From contig CAVQVX010000001.1 of NCBI GenBank assembly GCA_963717275.1, positions 2,131,686 through 2,195,685 of the forward strand: 64,000 nt of DNA. Direction: 5' to 3'. Made by a program: the position numbers and the translations under genes. This DNA is from an uncultured Holophagaceae bacterium (GTDB taxonomy: Bacteria > Acidobacteriota > Holophagae > Holophagales > Holophagaceae). Of this stretch, positions 31,066 to 43,344 are shown piece by piece (within the stretch, counting starts at the first letter, position 1; every line of letters starts with the position of its first letter). Below the pieces are notes generated by a model. That model saw only the letters and a program-made list of their open reading frames with translations. It had not been told where the DNA came from and made no database searches.

Positions 31066-31575
31066 TCAGTCCTTGGCGTTCCCCTCGGGGAAACTGAACG
31101 CGACGGATTTGAACGTCTGGTCCTGGATCTTGAGGTTCCGGAAGGTCCCCTTGAAGGTGTCCGCGGACTTCAGCCAATCGCAACGGGCCTCGAACAGGGA
31201 CGTATCCCCAACGGTTTCTCCGGTAGCCAGATCCGCCACCGGTTTGAGGCTCAAGCTCTCCTTGCGGTCCTGCAACTGGACCTGCAAGTCCAGCTGCCTG
31301 GCCGCGATCCGGATGAAATCCTCCATCTCCCCGTCGAGCACGTAGGCGCGCAGGGTGCCCGACGCGGGTTCGCGGACCAGTTCGATGGTGAACTGCTCGT
31401 CTCCCAGGACGACGGGTGTCCCACGGTGGGGTGGCGCCGCCTGGTGGGGTTTCGGCCGGTCAGCGGCGGATCCCGCCAGGGCGGTGGCGCGGATGTGCGA
31501 GCGGACCAGGCCCCAGGCGCCGCCGGCGACCGCCAGCGCGGCAAGGAGGGCAATCGAAAGCTTGACGGGTCGCAT
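31066..31575 (-). CDS. Membrane-anchored periplasmic hypothetical protein in the ABC operon
   Basis: N-terminal hydrophobic segment, PHRG..IELV..AYVLD. Confidence 0.65.
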   Translation of the reverse strand: MRPVKLSIALLAALAVAGGAWGLVRSHIRATALAGSAADRPKPHQAAPPHRGTPVVLGDEQFTIELVREPASGTLRAYVLDGEMEDFIRIAARQLDLQVQLQDRKESLSLKPVADLATGETVGDTSLFEARCDWLKSADTFKGTFRNLKIQDQTFKSVAFSFPEGNAKD

Positions 31576-31582
31576 GGAATCC

Positions 31583-32791
31583 TCAGCTGAGCGGGGAAAG
31601 GCCTTCGGCCACGGACAGACGGTAGGCGCGCCAGGCCGGGATGAGGCCGGCCACGATGCTGAGGCCCAGCATCACCACCGGCCCCCAGACCAGCACCGGG
31701 TTCCAGGCCCAGGGCTCGAGCAGGACGCCGATGCGGGTGCGCAGGATCTCCTGCACGGTGGAGGCGATGGCGGCATAGAGGCCGAAGCCCAGGGCGCAGC
31801 CCAGGATCCCGATGCACGCGGATTCGCCCAGCACGGCGGCGATCAGGAAGCCCCGGTGCGCGCCCAGGGCGCGCAGGATGGCCAGGTCGCGCTTGCGCGC
31901 GCTCATGGAGGAGTAGACCGCGGAGAACACCGAGGCCCCCGCCACCACCGCCACCATGTAGGCCAGCGCCTGCAGGGCCTGCTCGAACCAGGAGAACTTG
32001 GCGAACAGGTCCGACAGGATGGCCGCCACCGGCCAGGCCAGGGTCAGGCGCTTGCCCTGGCGGTTGTAGCGGGTGTCCAGCATCATCCCGGCGGCCTTCG
32101 CTTCGGGCTTGAAACGGATGAGCACGGCGCTGAGGTCGGTGAAGGCGGCGGGGTCATGGCCCGCCCAGCTTCTGCACGCCCTCCAGGGGCACCCAGATGA
32201 CCCGGTCGGCCGGGGAGTTGGTCGGCGCGAGCACCCCCACCACGGTGAAGATCTCGCTGTGCTGGGCGTTGGGGTTGTAGTCCAGGCCGTGGAAGGGGTG
32301 GAAGGTGGTGCCGATGGACCAGCCCAGCTGGTGCGCCGCCAGGCTGCCCACCACGGCCTCCTTTTCGCCCACCTTGAACGGCCGTCCCCCGGCCTCCACC
32401 GCATAGGCATGGCCCGGGGCGTACTCCAGGTTCTGGAAGAAGTCGTCGCTCACGCCCACCAGCCGGACCCCGCGGAAGTTGTCGCCCACCACGATGGGGA
32501 TGGCCCGGTCCACGAAGGACAGGCTCTTGACCTGCTGGTAGTCCTCCGCCGTGATGTTGCCCGGGGACGCCTCCTGGTGGAACAGCCCGTTCAGCACCAG
32601 CTGCAGCTTGGAGCCCCGGGCGCCGAGCACGGCATCGAACCCCGATGCGGACCGGTTGAACGACTGTTCCGCTTCGGCCCGCACCACCCAGACCGAGATC
32701 ACCAGGCCCATGCCCAAAGCGACCAGGAGGACGGCCACCGCCGTGGAGACCAGATGCTGGCGGAGACCCCGCCGGATCAGCATGAACAGCA

Positions 32792-32792
<1 letters not shown>
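31583..32792 (-). CDS. MacB/FtsX-type ABC permease; frameshift near 32155
   Basis: GARGSKLQLVLNGLFH, GDNFRG, RKRDLAILRALGA, GLIPAWRAYR. Confidence 0.88.
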
Positions 32793-33493
<701 letters not shown>

Positions 33494-33651
33494 CTACTCC
33501 TCATCGCTGCAGACCTTGGGCGTCGGTTTGATTGACCGGGCGGAATCCATTCCAGGCTCTCTGAAATTCGGAAACGATTCCCCGGACGAAACAGCGATGG
33601 GCCCAAACCATGCAATGTCGAAACTTTACCTATGAACCCAAGTTGCTGAAA

Positions 33652-33688
33652 ATACCAATAATGTATGCGTCGCATAACGATCCGATAT
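33652..33688 (-). promoter_or_regulatory. Double LysR-type operator (unit E) upstream of the ABC operon
   Basis: Perfect ATAC-caataat-GTAT then ATAA-cgatccg-ATAT, starts 22 nt apart. Confidence 0.72.
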
Positions 33689-33742
33689 AGGCGCTGAGCC
33701 TTTCATGGCTGGGGCACCGGGGGCGCGGCATGAGTGGCAACC

Positions 33743-34010
33743 TCAGGTGTCCCACAAGCTCAAAACCGATCCATCGGACGCCGGGGCCTGCTGAGTCGCA
33801 TCAGGGTAGATGAGGGTCAGACCGCTCGTGCCCAGGCTTTCGGTCACCTTGCCGTCTGGGGTGTCGAGGGTGGTGAAGCTGCCCTTGATTTCGCCGGCCC
33901 CCTGGGCGTCCTGGAGGGTGAGGGAGCCGCTGCCGGCGAACGGCCGGTTGCCGGCGGTGATCTGGGCGGCCACCGGCGGGATGACGTCGCCAAACATCCA
34001 GCCGTTTGGA
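33743..34010 (-). pseudogene. Possible fragment of a secreted beta-rich protein
   Basis: Protein-like stretch (GSGSLTLQDAQG..SGLTLIYPD) with no credible start. Confidence 0.3.
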
Positions 34011-34212
34011 GGACGGCAAACGCTACGGAATTTGCGCCCGCAGCTTGCGAGGACGCAAAGTCCGAAGCGAAAGCGTGGGTCGGCGCCGCGCCGGGGGACC
34101 CGGCATGGGCCGGCGCGAGCAGCCTGGGAAGGGCAACGCCACAGGGCCCGTCGGCAGACACAGCCGGCTCGGGACCCGGGCATCCCAGAGTGTGAAACGT
34201 CCCAACAGCAAA

Positions 34213-34242
34213 CGAAGAGCTCGGCAATGGCCGAACTCTTCG
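34213..34242 (-). terminator. Hairpin downstream of tRNA-fMet
   Basis: CGAAGAGCTCGGC-aatg-GCCGAACTCTTCG followed by T-rich sequence on the - strand. Confidence 0.55.
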
Positions 34243-34245
34243 AAT

Positions 34246-34322
<77 letters not shown>

Positions 34323-34410
34323 CCGGAAATTGAATGCTACCAGGATCGCCGCGCTTTGCAAAGCCCGAATGCGGCATTCGCGCTAATCTCGAAGGCGGTT
34401 TGGGGTGGGC

Positions 34411-36357
34411 ATGAGGCTCTGGTTGATGATCATCGTGATTGTTGCTGGGACCGGCCCGGCTGGGCGCCTGGACCCCGGAACGATGGTTCGAGCGGCCGCG
34501 CTCGCCCCGCATCGCCAACTACAAGGTCGAGGCGTCCCTGGACTGGAAGGAGAAGCTGCTGACCGGGCAGGAGACGCTCACCTGGCGCAATGCCGGGACG
34601 GCGGCCACGGCCGAACTGCCGCTGCACCTCTACCTCAACGCCTTCAAGGGCCCCCAGAGCCTGTTCTTCAAGGAGAAGGGGGGCGTGGCCGGGCCCGGGC
34701 CCGGCGGCTGGGACGCCGCCGACGCGCGCAACTGGGGCTACTGCCGGCTGCTCTCGGTCCGCCTGGAGAACCGCCCGCTGGACGGGCACTTCGGCGAGGA
34801 CGAGACGGTCTACTGGGTCCGGCTGCCGCGCGAGGTGGCGCCGGGCGAGACCATCCGGCTGGAGGTGGCCTGGGAGAGCCGCTTCCCCATGGTCCACGCC
34901 CGCACCGGCTGGAGCCGGGACTTCCTCATGGCGGCCCAGTGGTTCCCCAAGGCCGGGGTCTTCGACGGCGACAGGTGGAACTGCCGCGCCTACCATGCCG
35001 GCGCGGGCTTCTTCGCCGACTTCGGCACCTATGACGTGGATCTCTCCCTGCCCAACGGGCTGCTGCTGGCCCACACCGGCACCCTTGTCAACTTCAAGAC
35101 TCCCGAGGACATCACCCCCGACCCCAAGCGCCCGGACCACGTCATCTGGAAACTGCACGCCGAGGACGTGCACGACTTCGCCTGGGCCGTGATGCCCAGG
35201 CAGAGCTGGGGCTACGAGGCTTTCACCTACCGGGGCGTGCAGGTGTTCTGCTTCTGCCAGCCGGAGCGCGCCGGAGGCTTCCTGCGCCAGCGGCACGCCG
35301 TGGAAGCGGCCCTGAGGCTGGCCGGCGAATGGTTCTTCCCCTACCCCTACCCGGTGCTCACCCTGGTCGACGTGCCCGAAGGCGCCGAAGGGGCTGACCA
35401 CATGGAATACCCCACCCTGGTCACCGCCTCCTCCCGGGCGTTCGACCCGCTGCGCATGCGCACGCGGCCCGAGCTGGCCATCATGCGCGAAGTGGGCCAG
35501 CAGTGGTTCAAAGGCATGCTGGGCACCGACGCCGGGGAGGAGCCCTGGCTCGGACGAGGGCCTCTCCTCCTGGTTCGCCGCCAAGGCTACGGAACGCTCC
35601 TTCCAGGGCCTGTTCAGCAGCCGCCGGTTCCAGGTGGGCACCGACGCCCCGGCCGTGCTCGGCTACTGGCGGGAGCCTTCGGTGGACCCGCTCACCCGCT
35701 CCGGCTACCAGACCCGGGACCTGCGCTCCGGCATCACCGCCGCCCGCTGCAAGGCGCCCCTGGTGCTGGACCAGATGGAGGCCATGCTGGGCCGGCCCGG
35801 TCATGGAGCAGGTGATGCAGCGAATACGCCCGGGAAATGGCCTTCCGGCATCCCACCGGGCGCGATTTCCAGCGCATCGCCGAGCAGGTCACCGGCCGGG
35901 ACCTCGGCGCTTTCTGGCGCGACTTCATGACCGGCACCGACACCCTGGACGTGGTGATCCAGCGCGTCGGGCGTGCGGGAAGTCCTGGAAGGCGGATGGA
36001 TGGAAGGGCCCGGGGGGCCGGTGTTCGCAGCGCCCCAGCCGGCCTCGCCGGGCCGGCGCGGCTCGGTCACCCTGCTGCGCCGGGGCGGGCTGCGGCTGCC
36101 CATCACCCTCTGGGTGCGGCTGGAGAACCGCACGGAGCAGCGGGTCACCTGGGACGGCCAGGACCGCTGGGTCACCTACGAGTTCGACAGCCCGGTCACC
36201 GTCGCCATCCTCGATCCGGACGGCAACTACCCCATGCTGAAGGACCGCCTGCATGCCAACTATTCCGTGAAACCGGTGCGCCGCGGGCCTGCACTACTGG
36301 TCCCAGCTGGTCTGGGGCGCCATCACCGGCCTGCTCCAGGGCGCCGGGATCGGGTGA
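34411..36357 (+). CDS. M1-family aminopeptidase-like protein with degenerate Zn motif; several frameshifts
   Basis: LHLYLNAF, QWFPK, FFADFGTYDV, AEDVHDFAW, MEYPTL, EPWL(DEG). Confidence 0.8.
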
Positions 36358-36422
36358 TCCAAGGAGCCGCAGGATCTGGCAGAATGACTCTGCAGGATCT
36401 GTCCATCCGCGGGAGAGCAGCC

Positions 36423-37141
36423 ATGACCACGCCAAGTCCATCGTTGACCGGCTCGTCGTCGCCCTGGACGTGCCCACGGCCGAGGAGGCCCTGGCCCTGG
36501 CCCGCCGGCTCCAGGGCCGGGTGGGCATGCTCAAGGTCGGCCTCGAGCTGTTCTGCGCCCAGGGCCCGGCCTTCATCCGGGAGATCCAGGGCTTCGCCCC
36601 GGTCTTCCTGGACCTCAAGCTGCACGACATCCCCACCACGGTGCACCGGGCCATGGAGGCCCTGCTGCCGCTGGACCCCGCCCTGATCGACATCCACACC
36701 CAGGGCGGGCCCGCCATGATCGAGGCGGCCGCCGAGGCGGTGCGCGCCCACCGCCAGCGCGGCGGCCGGACCCGGCTGCTGGGCGTCACCGTGCTCACCA
36801 GCCTCGACCGGGAGGCCCTGACCCGCCTGGGCCTGGCCACCGACCCCGGCGACATGGCCCTGCACCTGGCCCGGCTGGCCAAGGAATGCGGCTGCGACGG
36901 GGTGGTCTGCTCGGCCCAGGAGGCCGCCAGCGTGCGCGACGCCTGCGGCGCGGACTTCCACCGGCTGACCCCGGGCATCCGCCCGCGCGGCGGGGCCGTC
37001 CAGGACCAGGCCCGGGTGGTGACCCCGGCCCAGGCCCTGCGGGACGGCTCGACCTGGCTGGTGGTGGGGCGCCCCATCACCCGCGCCGAGGACCCGGCCG
37101 CCGCCGCCGATGCGATCCTGGCGGAAATGGCCGAAGCCTGA
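36423..37141 (+). CDS. pyrF: Orotidine-5'-phosphate decarboxylase
   Basis: VALD, LKVGLEL, FLDLKLHDIPTTV, TPGIRP..DQARV, VVGRPI. Confidence 0.95.
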
Positions 37142-37143
37142 CC

Positions 37144-37703
37144 ATGACCGCAACCTCCCCCCTGGTCTTCCGGCCCAGCGTCGCCCAGCGCACCCTGTCC
37201 GCGCTGCTCTGCGCGGGGTCCTGGCTGGTGGGGGTCCGGGGCCTGTACCTGCTGATCAACAACCTGCCCAGGCTCATGGCCGCCGAACGCCTGGCCAGCG
37301 TGGCCGGGGGAGCCCACCTTCTCATCTGGGCTGCATCGTGGCCTCGGTGGCCGTGTGCCTGCTGGCCGGGATCCTGCTGCTGTTCTCGGCCCTGGGACTG
37401 ATCCTCATCGAAGGCACCCAGATCATGGTGGACGAGATCCGGGATCACGGTGGAGCACGCCGGGCTGCCCCGGCCCCTGGCGCAGCCGCCTGGGGGCCGG
37501 GCACCTGCCCTGGAAGCACGTGCTCGGGCTGGAGAAGGGGAAGATCTTCTTCATCCTGAAGGGCGGGCTGCCCCAGGGCGAGCCGAGCAACCTGCTCGGC
37601 CGAACGCTACGCCCGGTCCACCCTGAAGTTCCTGCTGGTGGACCAGCTGGAGCGGCTGATCCTGATCATCCTGGAACGCAGCTCCAACCTGACTTTCTCC
37701 TGA
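37144..37703 (+). CDS. Hypothetical membrane protein, frameshifted
   Basis: Two hydrophobic segments; follows pyrF directly. Confidence 0.55.
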
Positions 37704-37808
37704 ACGCGCATTGCGGGGTTGATGGCCGGGCGCCGGATCGGATACCCTGTGAGCAAACCCCGCACCTTCCATGCGCGTTCCCTGCCATCAACCAAGGACT
37801 GCCGGACC

Positions 37809-38675
37809 ATGAAGACACTCCTTTCCGTTCTCCTCACCCTGGCCCTCCCGGTCGCCGCCCAGGGCCTGCCCGACCGCCTCAAGGAGAACCGCGCCGCCTG
37901 GGAGGAAAGCCTGGACAAGGGCGTGGGCGGGCCGGTGCGCAAGGCGGCCGAGGACCTGCTCCGGCAGGAGGGGGTCACGGTGAACCCCTCGGACTACAAC
38001 GCCATGCACGCCATGGTGGCCGTGCGCAACCTGGCCGCCCGGGCCTGCGTGCTGGAAGGCGACTGGGAGAGCGCCGTCGCGCACCTGGAAAAGGCCAGCC
38101 AGGCCGCCACCGACAACGCCGCGACCGCGGAAGCCACCTTCGCCAAGCTCACGGCGGAGCACCAGGAGAAGCTCAGGCAATGGCGCGACGAGACGGCCCA
38201 GCAGGAGAAGCGGCTGCAGGACCTGGACGCCCTGCCGGGGCTCAACGCGGACCAGATCAAGCTGAGGGGGCAGATCCGGAGCTTCCTCGACGAGCACCGC
38301 AAGGCCATCGCCCAGAGCGAAAAGTCCCTGAAGGAGATCGACGCCCTGCTCACCCTGCTCAGGCAGGAGCAGGCCACCTATGCCGCCTCCCTGGCGGCGT
38401 GGCAGGGGTTCCTGGCCAAGGAACGCGCCGACATCGCCCGCCTGGGCAGCGTCGGCGCCTACGTGGCCGAAAAGCTCGAGCAGGTCAAGGCGGATGACGC
38501 CAGGCCCCGCACCGAACGGCTCGCGTACGGCAACAGGCTGCTGCGCCTGGATCCCGCCAGCAAGGAGTGCCGTCGCTTCGTGGATGGCCTGGAGGGCAAG
38601 GAGGACGCGGATCCGGCCCCCGCGCCGGCCAGGAAGGCCAAACCTTTGAAACAGGCCAAGCCGGATCCGGCATAG
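37809..38675 (+). CDS. Secreted coiled-coil hypothetical protein
   Basis: Signal peptide MKTLLSVLLTLALPVAAQ; long E/K/Q/L helical region. Confidence 0.75.
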   Translation: MKTLLSVLLTLALPVAAQGLPDRLKENRAAWEESLDKGVGGPVRKAAEDLLRQEGVTVNPSDYNAMHAMVAVRNLAARACVLEGDWESAVAHLEKASQAATDNAATAEATFAKLTAEHQEKLRQWRDETAQQEKRLQDLDALPGLNADQIKLRGQIRSFLDEHRKAIAQSEKSLKEIDALLTLLRQEQATYAASLAAWQGFLAKERADIARLGSVGAYVAEKLEQVKADDARPRTERLAYGNRLLRLDPASKECRRFVDGLEGKEDADPAPAPARKAKPLKQAKPDPA

Positions 38676-38769
38676 ACGCCCTGCCCGGGCTGCGCCCGGT
38701 CATGCCGATCAGGCAAGGGTGGCACCGCCGGGGCAGGACGGGCTAACCTAGTTCCAACCGGAGTGGATC

Positions 38770-39597
38770 ATGGCTTGGAAAAAGGATCTCGCCAAACTTA
38801 AACAGGAACTGGGAAAAGAGGAGGTCTCGCCGGGCAAGGCCGCGCCGCCCCCCAAGGCCAGGCCGGTCCACCCGGTCTCCGGCTCCATCGAGGAAGAGGA
38901 CAACATCTTCCTCAGCGCGATGGGACTGCGGCCCAAGTCCGTCGCGGAACCCGCCCCGGCCCCCGGCCAGGAGCCGGCGCCCGCGGCCATCCGGCCCAAG
39001 GCGGCGCCGTCCGCCGCCAAGGCCGAATTCAATTCGGCCATGGGCGATCTGAAAGGGCTGAAGCCCATGCCCAAGTCCCTCCCCATCGAACCGCCGAAGC
39101 CCGCCGCGCCGGGATCGGCCGCGGCCGAAACCAAGGCGCCCGCGGCCGGGGCCGAGGTGCCCGCAGACGGTCCAGCCGCACTTGAACCGGCCGCGCCCGA
39201 GCCGGCCGCGCCTGGGCCGGCCGCGCCTATGCCGGCCGCACCCGAAACGCCGGCCAGGGCCATGGAACCCGCTCCCGCCGCACCGCCCCAGGCGCAGATC
39301 CAGCTGGCCGCGGGCATGGCCATCGTCGTGGACGGCAGCCTCGACCTCAAGGGCCACGCCCGGAGCGACGCCGAGGAGCGCCTCAAGGAGCGCATCCTGG
39401 ACGGCTACGCGCTGGGCTGGCGGACGCTCCACGTGGTGGTGGGGCCGTCGCCGGAGCTGCGCCAGATGGTCCTGGATCTGCTGGTGACCCCCGCCGGGAG
39501 GCTGCGTCGCGCGCTTCGCCCAGGCTCCCATCCCCATGGGCGGAGCCCAGGCCTGGATCCTGTATTTCCGCGGTCCCAGATAACGAACGAAAACTAG
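38770..39597 (+). CDS. Smr-domain protein with Pro/Ala linker
   Basis: F..AM repeats, SLDLKGH..DAEERL..TLHVVVG. Confidence 0.7.
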   Translation: MAWKKDLAKLKQELGKEEVSPGKAAPPPKARPVHPVSGSIEEEDNIFLSAMGLRPKSVAEPAPAPGQEPAPAAIRPKAAPSAAKAEFNSAMGDLKGLKPMPKSLPIEPPKPAAPGSAAAETKAPAAGAEVPADGPAALEPAAPEPAAPGPAAPMPAAPETPARAMEPAPAAPPQAQIQLAAGMAIVVDGSLDLKGHARSDAEERLKERILDGYALGWRTLHVVVGPSPELRQMVLDLLVTPAGRLRRALRPGSHPHGRSPGLDPVFPRSQITNEN

Positions 39598-39656
39598 AAG
39601 CGAACCAAATCTCCAGTTGGCACTATAATTTCCCCAACCTTCCCGGGGAGAACCTC

Positions 39657-40843
39657 ATGTATCAGAGGAATAGGCTTCTGCGCTTTTGCGGTGATCCCGT
39701 TCCTGGCCCTCGGGCTCTGCGCCCAGACCGCCGACAACGCGGCTCCGGCGGACACGGGCGCGGCCGTCGCGGGCCAGCCGGTCAAGACGTGGCCCACTGG
39801 TCCCGCTGGGACTACCGCACGGAGACCACTCCGGGCGAGGGCCAGGCCGTCCACATCGTGGAGAAGGGCGACACGCTCTGGGACCTGGGCGCCAAGTACC
39901 TGGGCAACCCCTTCGCCTGGCCGCAGATCTGGGAACTCAACAAGTGGGTCAAGGATCCCCACTGGATCTACCCTGGCGACCCGATCGTGGTGGAAGCCTC
40001 CCGCGGCACGGTCACCCAGCCCGGGGACGGCAGCCAGAACCTGGCGCCCCAGGGGTGGCGAACCTGGCGCCCGACGTGCAGGCGGGTCCCCAAGCCCACC
40101 CTGGATGAATACGCGCTTCACCTTCCAGGACTTCATCCAGATGCCCTTCCTCGTGCCCCAGGGCGCGGAGGCCTATTTCAAGCAGATCGGCGCGCTCAAG
40201 ATCGTGGGCCAGGAGGACAGGACCAAGGACATGCTGGCGGACGGCGACTACCGTCTACCTCGCCGGCGGTTCGGACCAGGGCGTGAAGGTCGGCGACCGC
40301 CTGGTGGTCACCGGCGTGGCCGTCCGGAAGTTCCATCACCCCGACGACACCCGCGCCGCAGAAGGTCCTGGGCGACATCCTGCGAGCAGTACGGCATCGT
40401 CCGGGTCACCACACGTCTACCCCGAATCAGTCCGTGGCCATCATCGAGCAGTCCCTGGACGGGATCACCAGCGCGGCCTACGCGGCGCCCTATCCCGAGC
40501 CGGCCGCCATCGTCAACCGGCTGCGCACCGACATCGCCAGCCCGATCCCGCTCAAGCAGCCGATCTCCAAGGTCATCTTCATCCGCATGAACAAGGCCGT
40601 GGCCGCCGGCGGCGACATGGTGATCATCGACCACGGCACCAGGGACGGCTTCAAGGTGGGCGACGTCCTGCTCACCGCCCGTCCCATCGCCGCTGGACGT
40701 CCGCACGAGGGCGCCTACCAAGCGAGATCGACCAACGCCTACCTGGGCCAGCTGTGGTCATCAAGGCGATGGAGGACTTCCGCCACCTGCCGCATCCTGC
40801 GCAGCACAGCGAAGTCATGGTGGGCGACATCCTCAGCCACTGA
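39657..40843 (+). CDS. LysM peptidoglycan-binding protein, many frameshifts
   Basis: HIVEKGDTLWDLGAKYLGNPFAWPQIWELN..DPHWIYPGD. Confidence 0.85.
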
Positions 40844-41414
40844 CCCGCAGTTCCACCACCGTCGCGCTGCCCCCTGCTGGGCAGCCGGTAGGGGTGGGCC
40901 CGCACCGTGCACCCGGCGGGCGCCTCCCAGGGCCCCTGGGGCCCTTTGAGGGCCAGGAAGGGCGCCCCCGGCAGGCCGTGCCGGCGCCACCAGCCGCCCG
41001 AGCAGTTCCAGGGTGCCCACCGCCTTCGCCACCCCCGCCTGGGCCTCCGAGGGGCGGGAGCGCCTCGGCCCGGCCGGCCAGCGGCGCGAGGTTGCCGATG
41101 CCCAGTTCCAGGGCAGCCTGCCGCACAAAGGCAATTTTCTTGTTGGACTTGTCCAGGGCGACCACGTCCAGGTCCGGTCGGGCCAGGGCGATCAGGACAG
41201 CCGGAATCCCCATGCCCGTGCCGAAATCCACCACCCTCGAATGGGCGGGGAGGGGCAGCAGGAAAGGCAGCAGGGCCGCTGAATCCAGGATCAGTTCTTC
41301 GAAACGTTGTTCTTTTTCCAGGGAGGTCAGCGCATGGGTCCGGCTCCAGCGATCCAGCAGATCCAGGTAGCGGGCGACGGGTTCCAGGGTCCAGTCAGGC
41401 AGTGCCGGTTCCAT
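40833..41414 (-). CDS. rsmG: 16S rRNA m7G527 methyltransferase; C-terminus frameshifted
   Basis: YLDLLDRW..LTS, DFGTGMGIP, LDK..KKIAF..GRAE. Confidence 0.85.
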   Translation of the reverse strand: MEPALPDWTLEPVARYLDLLDRWSRTHALTSLEKEQRFEELILDSAALLPFLLPLPAHSRVVDFGTGMGIPAVLIALARPDLDVVALDKSNKKIAFVRQAALELGIGNLAPLAGRAEALPPLGGPGGGGEGGGHPGTARAAGGAGTACRGRPSWPSKGPRGPGRRPPGARCGPTPTGCPAGGSATVVELRVSG

Positions 41415-41653
41415 CTCTCCAAAATACCCGCCATCTTCCATTTGGCAGCAATAGAATCCGGCCCGGTCAAGGCTCGCGGAGGCTTGCTTTGCGCCTGGGC
41501 CCAAGTCCAAGATTAGATTCATCGTTTATCAAAAATCAGGAGCCCCTGCGGATTTTTTTTAAATAAGGATCAAATACTATTGTCGGTATTGACAAAAAGA
41601 ATTCCGCTTCAAATACTGAAGGATCTGGATGACTCTTTTTGAGCGAGGACCAA

Positions 41654-42390
41654 ATGAGCGAAAATGCAAAACCCTTTAAGATTGATTGGTCCAGCCGAAG
41701 CAAACTCAGGGGACCCGGCGAAAGGTCCCTCGGAGACCTGCTGTTAAAACTGCGGGACCAGTTGGCCCCTGAAGCGGAAGGAATTTCCATCACTTATCTC
41801 GATGATCGCGCCATGCGGAAGCTGAACCGGGAGCATCGCGGAATCAACCAGACCACCGATATCCTCAGCTTCCCCGCAAACCCCGAAAAAGGTGCGTTCC
41901 AGCACCTGGGCGACCTGGTCGTCAGCCTGCCCGTGGCTGAAAAGATGGCCAAGAAGCTTGGCGTCAGCCGGCGCCGGGAAGTGGAGACGCTGATCATCCA
42001 CGGTTTCCTGCACCTCTGCGGGCACGACCACGCGGCGGACAACGGCGAGATGATGGCCCTCCAGGCCAAGCTGGAGCGGGAGCTGCTGGAATCCGAGCCC
42101 CTGCTCATGGCGGTGAAGCGCGGGCCGCAAGCCCGGCAGCAAGGTCAAGCGGCTCAAGGACGGCAGCCGGGTGGTGGTGACCGGCCGGGCGGCCAACGCC
42201 ATCGTCCGCAAGGAGGCCTTGAAGAAGGCCAAGCCCGTGAAAAAGGTCGTCAAGGCGGCCAAGAAGGTCGTCGAGAAGCCCAAGCGCTCCCCGGGCCGGC
42301 CGCGCAAGGTCGTCGAAGCCCCGGCCGGCCCCCCGCCGCACGGTCCGCCGCAAGCGCGCCCCCCGGCTGCGCACCGGCGTCCTCGGTTAA
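41654..42390 (+). CDS. ybeY: rRNA maturation endoribonuclease YbeY with basic C-terminal tail (frameshifts)
   Basis: LNREHRG..TDILSF, LGDLVVS, IHGFLHLCGHDH. Confidence 0.88.
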
Positions 42391-42400
42391 ATATTCCTGT

Positions 42401-42487
42401 GGGGGGACCGCGCGCTCGCGCTGCTCGCTCTCCGTCCCCCCACACCCCCACTCCATGCCCAGGCGAAGCCCGGTCATGGAGTCCACC
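42401..42487. repeat. Dispersed two-hairpin REP-like element, copy 1
   Basis: Homologous to 54229..54312. Confidence 0.75.
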
Positions 42488-42597
42488 GGTCCCACCCCAC
42501 CCCTTCCCCTCCCCGGCGAGTTCTGAACTGGCCTGGGAGGGAAAGTGTCGGTAAGATAGGCGTTCGGCCCTTTTTGCGGCCTACCCCGGGAGTCCCT

Positions 42598-43317
42598 GTG
42601 TTGAATCTTCTTTCGGGCCTTGGCGTTGCCATCGTCGTGGCCCTGCTGCTCCTCCTGCTGAAGATCAATTTCTGGATCGCGCTGCCCCTCGGCCTCGCTG
42701 GCCGGCGTCGGGCTGTTCATCTACCTGGGCCGCAGGGTCCAGGGCCAGCTGGAGCAGGTCTTCAACCGGGCCGGCGAAGCCATGAAGAAGCAGCAGTTCG
42801 ACCCGGCCATCGAGATCATGAAGGAAGGCTACCGCTTCAACAAGTGGCAGTTCCTGGTCAAGGGCTCCATCGACGGCCAGATCGGCGTGGTGCAGTACCT
42901 GCGCAAGAAGAACGAGGAGGCCGAGCCCCTGCTGCGCTCCGCCAGCTACCAGCACTACATCGCCAAGGCGATGCTGGGGATCCTCCAGTGGAAGCGGGGC
43001 GAGAAGAAGCAGGCCAGGATGACCTTCCAGCTGGCCCTGAAGTCGGGCAAGAAGGAAAGCCTGCTCTACGCGGTCTACGCCTACGTCCTCAACGAGATGA
43101 AGGACCGGGAAAGGCCGTGGAGATCCTCAACCAGGGCCTCGCGGTCTGCAAGGACGACGAGCGGCTGCTCGTCAACCGCAACAACCTGCAGAACAACAAG
43201 CCCATGAAGATGAAGGTCTACGGGGACCAGTGGTACCAGTTCATGCTGGAACGGCCGATGGTCCGGCAGGAGCCTCCCCCCTTCGCCCGCATTTCCAAGC
43301 GCGCCCTGCGCGGTTGA
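42598..43317 (+). CDS. Membrane-anchored TPR-like protein, frameshifted
   Basis: N-terminal TM helices, then helical repeats ([20 protein letters not shown]). Confidence 0.65.
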   Translation: MLNLLSGLGVAIVVALLLLLLKINFWIALPLGLAGRRRAVHLPGPQGPGPAGAGLQPGRRSHEEAAVRPGHRDHEGRLPLQQVAVPGQGLHRRPDRRGAVPAQEERGGRAPAALRQLPALHRQGDAGDPPVEAGREEAGQDDLPAGPEVGQEGKPALRGLRLRPQRDEGPGKAVEILNQGLAVCKDDERLLVNRNNLQNNKPMKMKVYGDQWYQFMLERPMVRQEPPPFARISKRALRG

Positions 43318-43344
43318 TATTAATATCGTTTCTCGGAGTTCCCC

